Source: an uncultured cyanobacterium
GTDB lineage: Bacteria > Cyanobacteriota > Cyanobacteriia > Pseudanabaenales > Pseudanabaenaceae
Length of the DNA stretch: 64,000 bases
Direction: 5' to 3'
Assembly: GCA_963703315.1 (NCBI GenBank)
Contig: OY969811.1
Span: 2,464,001-2,528,000, forward strand
Shown here: in pieces, positions 56,776 to 64,000 of the stretch
Numbering within the stretch: the stretch's first letter is position 1
Layout: every line of letters begins with the position of its first letter
Program-made: the position numbers and the translations under genes
Notes under the pieces: generated by a model
Databases searched by the model: none
What the model was told of the DNA's origin: nothing
Seen by the model: only the letters and a program-made list of their open reading frames with translations

Positions 56776-58170
56776 ATGCTGAATCCAGTTGATTTCAGCG
56801 GTAGACCCTTTCATTTTGTGGGTATCGGTGGCATCGGTATGTCAGCGATCGCTTATATATTAGCAAAGCAGGGATTTACGGTTTCTGGCTCGGATCTTAG
56901 TAGCAATCGCATCACTCAAAAGCTACAGGATCTTGGTGTCAAGGTCTTTAAAGGACATCATGCAGACAATATTGATTTGACTAGCGCACCGCAAATTGTC
57001 TGTTCTACTGCTATAAATCAACAAAATCCTGAATTTCAAGTAGCTCTAGCGAATGGGTTACCTATTTTGCATCGTTCGGATTTGTTAGCTGCTTTGATTG
57101 AGCAGTTTCAGGGGATTTCGATCGCAGGAACTCATGGCAAAACCACAACTAGCAGTTTGGTTGGTTTTTTGTTGCTTAAAGCTGGTGTTGACCCCAGCAT
57201 TATTATTGGTGGCGAGGTCAGTGCATGGCAGGGCAATGCTCGTCTTGGTAATGGCAAATATTTGGTTGCGGAAGCTGATGAGTCTGACGGGACTTTGGTG
57301 AAATTTTTATCTCATATCGGCGTAATCACCAATATTGAGCTAGATCACCCCGATCATTACCAAAGTCTTGGACAGGTAATTGATATTTTTCAAGCCTTTG
57401 CTAAACGCTGTGAAGTGGTAATTGGTTCCCTTGATTGCCCAACCGTAAAAGAACATATTCATCTAGATGTCACCTATAGCTTGAATGAGCCTAATGCTGA
57501 CTATACGGTGACTGATATAAAGTACAACCCTTCGGATACTCAAGCAGTAGTGATTGAGCGTGGTCAGCCTTTAGGCAAAATTTCCTTGGGACTGCTGGGC
57601 AAACATAACCTGAGCAATGCTCTAGCCGCGATCGCTGTAGTTCGTTATATTGGCGTTGAGTGGCAAGCGATCGCTGATGCGTTACCAGATTTTGTTGGTG
57701 CTAGCCGCCGATTTGAAATTAAAGGTGTTCAGAACGGTATTACGTTTGTTGATGACTATGCTCATCATCCTAGCGAAATCATTGCCACTCTCGCTTCAGC
57801 TAGACAACAAAATACGAACAGTCGCGTTGTTGCTATTTTTCAGCCCCATCGCTACAGCCGCACCCTCAAATTTTTGTCAGAATTTAGCCATTCTTTTACT
57901 GATGCCGATGTAGTTGTTGTTACTGACATCTATGCTGCTAGTGAACCAAATGATGGCAAAATTACAGGCGCTCAGGTTGCCGAAGCGATCGCCTCGATAC
58001 GTGGTCAGGTACATTACCAACCCACCCTCAAAGATGTGCAATCATTTTTAGCAAAGAATTTACAATCAGGTGATCTCGCAGTATTTCTGGGTGCAGGAAA
58101 TCTCAATCAAGCGATTGCTCCAACAATACAGGATATAGAAGAATTGCGAAGCAATTCTTCTATATCCTAA
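56776..58170 (+). CDS. murC: UDP-N-acetylmuramate--L-alanine ligase
   Basis: FVGIGGIGMSA, AGTHGKTTT, EADESDG, DDYAHHP, FQPHRYSR. Confidence 0.97.
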   Translation: MLNPVDFSGRPFHFVGIGGIGMSAIAYILAKQGFTVSGSDLSSNRITQKLQDLGVKVFKGHHADNIDLTSAPQIVCSTAINQQNPEFQVALANGLPILHRSDLLAALIEQFQGISIAGTHGKTTTSSLVGFLLLKAGVDPSIIIGGEVSAWQGNARLGNGKYLVAEADESDGTLVKFLSHIGVITNIELDHPDHYQSLGQVIDIFQAFAKRCEVVIGSLDCPTVKEHIHLDVTYSLNEPNADYTVTDIKYNPSDTQAVVIERGQPLGKISLGLLGKHNLSNALAAIAVVRYIGVEWQAIADALPDFVGASRRFEIKGVQNGITFVDDYAHHPSEIIATLASARQQNTNSRVVAIFQPHRYSRTLKFLSEFSHSFTDADVVVVTDIYAASEPNDGKITGAQVAEAIASIRGQVHYQPTLKDVQSFLAKNLQSGDLAVFLGAGNLNQAIAPTIQDIEELRSNSSIS

Positions 58171-58186
58171 TCACCTAGTTTTTTCC

Positions 58187-59110
58187 ATGCCCATGTCAGT
58201 CGATCTCCAAACATCAATTCGTGAAAATGTATCTCTCGCAGGACTAACCTCCATGCGAGTTGGTGGTGCAGCCGAATACTTTATTTCCCCACGCACATCT
58301 ACCGAATTAGCAGAGAGTCTGGCTTGGGCAAGCGATCGCCATTTACCAATTACGATTATCGGTGCGGGAAGCAACCTCTTAATTAGCGATGAAGGCTTGG
58401 CAGGTTTAGTAGTTTGTACTCGCCATGTACGCGGTATTGATTTTGATGTAGCCTCTGGACAAGTTACTGCTGCCGCAGGAGAACCAGTTGCCCGTTTAGC
58501 GATGCAAATTGCTAGTCATGGTTGGACTGGTTTTGAATGGGCAGTGGGAATTCCTGGTACGGTGGGAGGATTAGTAGTCATGAATGCTGGGGCGCAGGGA
58601 GGCTGTGCTGCTGATTGTGTAGTGGAAGTGCAGACAGTAACCTTGACGGGTAAGACTGAGCTAATTTATCCTCAAGACTTAAATTTTAGCTACCGTACAT
58701 CATCTCTACAGCATCACGGAGATCAACTTGCAGATCAAAAATTGCAACGGCTGGTTACAGGCGCAACCTTAAAGTTTCAGACTGGTGGCGATCCACAGGC
58801 GATCGCGCAGAATACAGAATCAAAACTGAAAGCAAGACACAACACTCAGCCCTATCACTTACCCAACTGCGGTAGTGTTTTTCGCAATCCTTTACCTCAG
58901 TTTGCTGCACGCCTAATTCAAGATGCAGGGCTTAAGGGTTATCAAATTGGCAATGCCCAAGTCTCAGAATTACACGCTAACTTCATCGTTAATCTTGGTA
59001 ATGCCAAAGCTAGAGATATTTTCAGTATTATTCAACACATTAAAGCTGTAATTAGCGATCGCTATGGTGTGTTACTGGAAACCGAAGTTAAAATGATCGG
59101 TCATTTCTAA
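58187..59110 (+). CDS. murB: UDP-N-acetylmuramate dehydrogenase
   Basis: RVGGAA, IGAGSNLL, GIPGTVGG, MNAGA, FSYRTS, CGSVFRNP, HANFIVN. Confidence 0.96.
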   Translation: MPMSVDLQTSIRENVSLAGLTSMRVGGAAEYFISPRTSTELAESLAWASDRHLPITIIGAGSNLLISDEGLAGLVVCTRHVRGIDFDVASGQVTAAAGEPVARLAMQIASHGWTGFEWAVGIPGTVGGLVVMNAGAQGGCAADCVVEVQTVTLTGKTELIYPQDLNFSYRTSSLQHHGDQLADQKLQRLVTGATLKFQTGGDPQAIAQNTESKLKARHNTQPYHLPNCGSVFRNPLPQFAARLIQDAGLKGYQIGNAQVSELHANFIVNLGNAKARDIFSIIQHIKAVISDRYGVLLETEVKMIGHF

Positions 59111-59177
59111 ATAATTCTAAACATCAGGGGCTTGTCAGCGATCGCATAGAACTATAGATAGATTTAACATTTAACTA

Positions 59178-59206
59178 TTTACATTACTCAATAATTCCAC
59201 TAATGT
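59178..59206 (+). promoter_or_regulatory. Probable psbA promoter (-35/-10)
   Basis: TTTACA, 17 nt, TAATGT, about 80 bp upstream of the psbA ATG. Confidence 0.5.
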
Positions 59207-59285
59207 TGTTTACATAAGCGAAAGCTTAAACATATTTTTCAACTTTTCATAACTTATACATTCCCTTAGGGTTTTATTTGCAATC

Positions 59286-60368
59286 ATGACAACAGCAGTA
59301 CAAAGACGCGAAAGCGCTTCGATCTGGGATCAGTTTTGCAGTTGGATCACCAGCACCGACAACCGCCTCTATGTAGGCTGGTTCGGCGTAATCATGATCC
59401 CCTGCCTACTCGCAGCAACCATTTGCTTCGTAATCGCCTTCATCGCCGCACCTCCCGTTGACATCGACGGTATCCGCGAACCAGTAGCAGGTTCCTTGCT
59501 ATTTGGTAACAACATGATTTCTGGCGCAGTCGTACCATCCTCTAACGCGATTGGCCTGCACTTTTACCCCATTTGGGAAGCAGATAGCCTCGACGAATGG
59601 CTATACAACGGTGGTCCTTACCAATTGGTAGTATTCCACTTCCTACTCGGCATTTTCTGCTACATGGGTCGTGAATGGGAATTGTCTTACCGCCTCGGTA
59701 TGCGTCCTTGGATCGCAGTTGCTTACTCTGCACCAGTAGCAGCAGCAACCGCAGTATTCTTGATCTACCCAATCGGACAAGGCTCTTTCTCTGACGGTAT
59801 GCCTTTGGGTATCTCTGGTACTTTCAACTTCATGATCGTATTCCAAGCAGAACACAACATCTTGATGCATCCTTTCCATATGTTGGGAGTAGCAGGTGTA
59901 TTCGGCGGTTCATTGTTCAGTGCCATGCACGGTTCATTGGTAACCTCCAGCTTGATTCGTGAAACCACTGAAAACGAAAGCCAAAACGCTGGTTACAAGT
60001 TCGGACAAGAAGAAGAAACCTACAACATCGTTGCCGCTCACGGTTACTTCGGTCGTTTGATTTTCCAATACGCTTCTTTCAACAACAGCCGTCAATTGCA
60101 CTTCTTCTTGGCTCTATGGCCAGTAGTCGGCATTTGGTTCACTGCATTGGGTGTAAGCACAATGGCATTCAACTTGAACGGTTTCAACTTCAACCAGTCT
60201 ATCTCTGATAGCCAAGGTCGCGTTGTACCTAGCTGGGCAGATGTAATCAACCGCGCTAACTTGGGTATGGAAGTAATGCACGAGCGCAATGCTCACAACT
60301 TCCCTCTCGATTTGGCTGCTGTTGATGTTGCTCCTGTAGCAATGGCTGCTCCTGCTATCAACGGTTAA
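59286..60368 (+). CDS. psbA: Photosystem II reaction centre protein D1
   Basis: 360 aa; [34 protein letters not shown] plus cyanobacterial C-terminal extension; codon bias of a highly expressed gene. Confidence 0.99.
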   Translation: MTTAVQRRESASIWDQFCSWITSTDNRLYVGWFGVIMIPCLLAATICFVIAFIAAPPVDIDGIREPVAGSLLFGNNMISGAVVPSSNAIGLHFYPIWEADSLDEWLYNGGPYQLVVFHFLLGIFCYMGREWELSYRLGMRPWIAVAYSAPVAAATAVFLIYPIGQGSFSDGMPLGISGTFNFMIVFQAEHNILMHPFHMLGVAGVFGGSLFSAMHGSLVTSSLIRETTENESQNAGYKFGQEEETYNIVAAHGYFGRLIFQYASFNNSRQLHFFLALWPVVGIWFTALGVSTMAFNLNGFNFNQSISDSQGRVVPSWADVINRANLGMEVMHERNAHNFPLDLAAVDVAPVAMAAPAING

Positions 60369-60406
60369 TCTAATCTAAGAATCTAATCTCTGATTTAGAT
60401 AGCTAG

Positions 60407-60458
60407 AAAGACAAATAAAAAAGTCTCCTCTTTTGAGGAGACTTTTTTATTTGTCTTT
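60407..60458. terminator. psbA terminator hairpin
   Basis: AAAGACAAATAAAAAAGTCTCCTC-TTTT-GAGGAGACTTTTTTATTTGTCTTT. Confidence 0.85.
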
Positions 60459-60575
60459 TACATTGACTCAGAAGCGAATTGCGGCGCTTTGCGTCTCAAT
60501 TCGCTTCTGAGTTGTATACTACTTGGCTATAGCTATAGGTTGCTATGATAGTTAATAAACAACTTAAAAAAGCTT

Positions 60576-61940
60576 ATGTCATCAGCACTTAGTGTAGAAA
60601 AATTAGTCTCCGATGCTAAAGAGACTGCTAGCAAATTAGAAATTAAAAAATTTGATATTTATGGTGCGATCGTCGATGAAATTAGTGCTGAAGTTGATAG
60701 TGGTGAACCCAAACAAGTTTCTGCATCCAATCGGGCGAGTATCACTGTACGAGTCTGGAATGATGAGGGGACGGTTGGCGTAACTTCTACTACGAATATC
60801 GATCGCATTGGCTTAGAACTTGCTCTCCAAAGCGCCCATGAAGCTAGTTTCTTCGGTGCTAAAGAAAATATTCCTGATTTTAGTCCTGAAGCGATCGCCG
60901 ATATCCCAGAGCGCGAACCACAGACTGCACCACAAGCAGCGATCGAGAAACTTGTTGATACTCTTTTAGGTGCTGAAAAAGAATTGTTAGATGCTCATCC
61001 TGCGATCGCAGGAGTTCCTTACAACGGCTTATCTCAACGCGATCTCAATCGTTTCTATCTTAATAGTGATGGCGCAAGCCGCAATGAAAGCAGTTCCTAT
61101 AGTTCTATTTATCTCTATACCAAAACTGAAGAAGAAGATCGCAAACCTCGCAGCGCTGGGGCTTATCGTGTCAGCCGCGATTTCGCAAGTTTAGATGTCA
61201 ATGGTTGTATTCAGGAAACTGCTGAGAAAACTATTAGTCATTTGAACTACGACAAAATTAAATCTGGTAAATATTTAGTTGTATTTTCACCCGAAGCATT
61301 TTTGAGTTTGATTAGTGCTTTTTCTAGTCTATTCAATGCTCAAAGCATTCTTGATAAAAATAGTCTCTCTACACCTGAATCGATTGGCACTCAAATTGCT
61401 TCACCCTTGTTAAATGTGAGCGACGATGAGCTTCATGTAGGTAATATTGGAGCTTCTACCTTTGATGGTGAAGGAACTCCTACTCGTCGTATTCCCTTAA
61501 TTGTAAATGGAGTTTTAACTAATTTCTTGCATAGCTCGGTAACAGCGAAACGCTTAAATGCTCAGCCAACAGGTAATGGCAGTGTGGGTGCAAAGGTTTC
61601 GGTGAGTCCCAACTTTTTCCATATTGAACGGAGTAGTGCGGCTAATGCAAGTAATGAGAAAGTGCATGATTTAGCAACAGCAGAAAATGTGATTCTAATT
61701 GATGATTTGCAAGCGCTCCATGCAGGTGTCCAAGCTTCGCAGGGTTCTTTCTCGCTGCCCTTTGATGGCTGGATTGTCAATAAAGGCGATCGCGTGAGTG
61801 TTGAGTCGGCAACGGTGGCTGGCGATATCTTGGAATTGCTGAAGGCGATCGTCTATGTTGAGCCTGAAGTAAAAGTTACGCCTTCAGGTGTTGCACCCCA
61901 AGTTTGGGTAGAAGGTTTATCGATTACAGGTGAAGCTTAA
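60576..61940 (+). CDS. TldD/PmbA family protein (PmbA/TldE-like)
   Basis: FDGEGTPT, NFLHS, GSFSLPFDG, ATVAGDILELLK. Confidence 0.88.
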   Translation: MSSALSVEKLVSDAKETASKLEIKKFDIYGAIVDEISAEVDSGEPKQVSASNRASITVRVWNDEGTVGVTSTTNIDRIGLELALQSAHEASFFGAKENIPDFSPEAIADIPEREPQTAPQAAIEKLVDTLLGAEKELLDAHPAIAGVPYNGLSQRDLNRFYLNSDGASRNESSSYSSIYLYTKTEEEDRKPRSAGAYRVSRDFASLDVNGCIQETAEKTISHLNYDKIKSGKYLVVFSPEAFLSLISAFSSLFNAQSILDKNSLSTPESIGTQIASPLLNVSDDELHVGNIGASTFDGEGTPTRRIPLIVNGVLTNFLHSSVTAKRLNAQPTGNGSVGAKVSVSPNFFHIERSSAANASNEKVHDLATAENVILIDDLQALHAGVQASQGSFSLPFDGWIVNKGDRVSVESATVAGDILELLKAIVYVEPEVKVTPSGVAPQVWVEGLSITGEA

Positions 61941-61983
61941 AAGCAAATCAAGCGTGCTATGCACGCTTGATTTGCTGATTTGG

Positions 61984-62367
61984 TTATTTCTTAGCGTTTT
62001 CTAAGTTGACATTGGACATCTTAGCGCCCTCAAAGAGAGTCTCTTGCAAATTTGCCCAACTTAGATTCGCGCCACGCAAATCTGCCCCACGCAGATCAGC
62101 TTTGCGTAGATCTGCACCCTTGAGATTGGCGTGACGTAAATTTGCCCGATGCAGATCAGCGCTGTTTAAATTGGCATAGCTTAAATCTGCGCCAGTGAGG
62201 TTGGCTCTGCATAGCTTCGCCGATGTCAAATTAGCTTTGCTCATTAGTGCATGACTAAAATCGATCTTATGGAGGTCGATCGCTTGCAAATCTGCTCCCA
62301 CAAGAGCGACATTAGAAAACGCTCTCCGCCCCGCTCGATATAGTTGAACAAATTCTCTAGAGTCCAT
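61984..62367 (-). CDS. Pentapeptide repeat protein
   Basis: Tandem A(D/N)LxX pentapeptides. Confidence 0.92.
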   Translation of the reverse strand: MDSREFVQLYRAGRRAFSNVALVGADLQAIDLHKIDFSHALMSKANLTSAKLCRANLTGADLSYANLNSADLHRANLRHANLKGADLRKADLRGADLRGANLSWANLQETLFEGAKMSNVNLENAKK

Positions 62368-62465
62368 TAATTGATTAGCCTAGTCAATGATTAAATGATG
62401 GTTGGATTAACAACCTTTAAAAGCCTTGCCTAACAAAATTTTTAGTTAATATCTCAAAATCTATA

Positions 62466-62846
62466 TTAACCCTCAAACGAGTCGAGATCTAAGGCGGCTG
62501 ATCCCCCACGTTCGAGTTCTATTAACATTTTCCCTAATTGTCTCCACACAAGTAGTGCAATGCCAAGAGTGACAGGAAGGGCAACGATATATCCAAATAA
62601 GCTAGGAAAGCCAAATACTTCCAGTCCTGTGGACATAAATATGGCAATACTAATTGTCATACCGAGGTAAGGCACTTTAATACTGGCGCTTTTGAGTTCT
62701 AGCATGGTACGAGAGGACCTACTCTTTGACCAAACACTGACCAAATTGCGGAGGGTCACTTCAAAGGCTCTTCCACAGGCAAGTCCAGCAACAAGGGAAA
62801 CTAAAAACAAAAAATAGGGAGGATCAGAAGGAAAGTAATAATTCAC
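62466..62846 (-). CDS. Small hypothetical membrane protein
   Basis: 126 aa, three hydrophobic segments, GTG start; ends GGSAALDLD. Confidence 0.72.
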   Translation of the reverse strand: MNYYFPSDPPYFLFLVSLVAGLACGRAFEVTLRNLVSVWSKSRSSRTMLELKSASIKVPYLGMTISIAIFMSTGLEVFGFPSLFGYIVALPVTLGIALLVWRQLGKMLIELERGGSAALDLDSFEG

Positions 62847-62956
62847 AGGTATATAAACTTATTGCAGTATGTTTTTATCTTAATGCGTTCTTAAGCCTTT
62901 ATAGCGATTTTCATTTTGCCTGCCGCAAAATGAAAATCGCAAACCCTCTGTTGAAT

Positions 62957-64000
62957 TTATGCTAATCCCATTGCGGCTAGTTGTGCTTGCGCTTTTTGTA
63001 ATGACTCGCGCCACTCGCGATCGCTAACACTATCAGCGACAATTCCCGCCCCAACTTGTCCCCAAATATGATCATTGGTTTTAAGCAAAGTCCGAATCAA
63101 AATATTCAGATCCATATTGCCCCGCTTGTCGATATAGCCACAGGAACCGTAAAACAAACTGCGCCGTTGTGGTTCTAAACACTCGATGATTTCCATACAG
63201 CGCACTTTGGGACAGCCTGTAATTGTCCCTCCGGGAAACGTAGCACGAATCAAATCGACTAAAGTGCGATCGCTGCGTAATGTCCCCACCACATTACTGA
63301 CAAGATGCATTACGTGGCTATAGCGCTCGATCGCCAATAATTCATCAACCTTGACCGTCCCCCATTCACAGACTCGTCCGAGATCGTTGCGTTCGAGATC
63401 AACCAGCATAATATGTTCCGCTTGCTCCTTTGTACAGGCAAGTAATTCCCGTTCAAAGTCCAGATCCTGCTGCTCAGTTTTGCCGCGTGGTCTTGTACCT
63501 GCGATCGGTCGAGTCTCGGCATGGCGATCGCGCAAACTGACTAGACGCTCAGGCGAAACACTAATCACTTCACCCCAAGTTGTCCGCCAAAAACTCGCAA
63601 AGGGGGATGGATTAATCCTTTGTAAATGTCGGTATAGTTGCCATCCATCCGCAGCCCAAGGATAACCAAATCGCATTGAGAGATTTGTCTGAAAAATATC
63701 CCCATCATAAATATGCTGCTTTGCCGTGTCCACCATTGCCTCATAGCCTTGTTGTTCGGGGGAATAAGTCGGAGTAACTTGTGTGCTGCGATCTCTACTG
63801 GGAAAGACAAGGGGCTTAAGCCCCTTGTTCTCTAAGTCGTTCAAAAGATCGCTTAATTCTGTTAATTCGTGGCGATCACTAGCGGCTAACCAAACATTTT
63901 GAGTCTGATGATCGATGACGGCAAAGCTTGATGGTTCATACCAAAAGGCAACAGGGAACGGTAAATTGTCAGGCTTAGTATAGGGTAAGCGCTCAATTTC
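62957..64000 (-). CDS. Anthranilate synthase component I family / aminodeoxychorismate synthase (5' end beyond the window)
   Basis: GDIFQTNLS, SPERL, RPIAGTRPRG, EHIMLVDLERNDLG, FPGGTITGCPK; frame stays open to 64000 (EIERLPYTKPDNLPFPVAFW...). Confidence 0.9.
   Translation of the reverse strand, partial: EIERLPYTKPDNLPFPVAFWYEPSSFAVIDHQTQNVWLAASDRHELTELSDLLNDLENKGLKPLVFPSRDRSTQVTPTYSPEQQGYEAMVDTAKQHIYDGDIFQTNLSMRFGYPWAADGWQLYRHLQRINPSPFASFWRTTWGEVISVSPERLVSLRDRHAETRPIAGTRPRGKTEQQDLDFERELLACTKEQAEHIMLVDLERNDLGRVCEWGTVKVDELLAIERYSHVMHLVSNVVGTLRSDRTLVDLIRATFPGGTITGCPKVRCMEIIECLEPQRRSLFYGSCGYIDKRGNMDLNILIRTLLKTNDHIWGQVGAGIVADSVSDREWRESLQKAQAQLAAMGLA
63807..63828. repeat. 22-bp perfect palindrome inside the pabB/trpE-like CDS
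   Basis: ACAAGGGGCTTAAGCCCCTTGT (encodes NKGLKPLV); 2-mismatch intergenic copy at 21372-21393. Confidence 0.8.

Noticed and set aside
1..64000. High frequency of GCGATCGC
   Set aside because: This is the well-known cyanobacterial HIP1 octamer; not novel.

Overview
Cyanobacterial chromosomal segment: HIP1 GCGATCGC is very frequent, psbA is present, and the gene and repeat style suggests a Pseudanabaena-like filamentous strain (inference). Most genes are housekeeping: cobN (partial), argH, hemF, livF-like, pgeF, alpha-carbonic anhydrase, rlpA, guaD, rnd, tRNA-Ser(GGA), fcl, moaC, tsaE, tatA, murC, murB, psbA, pmbA-like and pabB/trpE-like (partial). Four accessory parts stand out. (1) A small defence island (6.7-13.3 kb) with three PIN-type toxin-antitoxin pairs around an MmeI-like type IIL restriction-modification gene. 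That gene carries seven in-frame copies of a 38-bp palindromic repeat, two of which directly flank an inserted DUF559 (Vsr-like) endonuclease domain. Related repeats sit in frame in cobN, and G/C strand skew appears to flip at both loci. This is the best candidate for an undescribed nuclease-plus-repeat mobile system. (2) Two giant filamentous-haemagglutinin-like exoproteins followed by a TPR-CHAT protease with a predicted signal peptide. (3) A histidine kinase with both a LOV domain and a DXCF cyanobacteriochrome GAF, upstream of a REC-GGDEF-EAL gene. (4) Many intergenic TA-bounded hairpin mini-elements, one interrupted by a 218-bp MITE whose 6-bp target duplication is supported by an empty copy in the same window. 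All calls were made by eye, without database searches.
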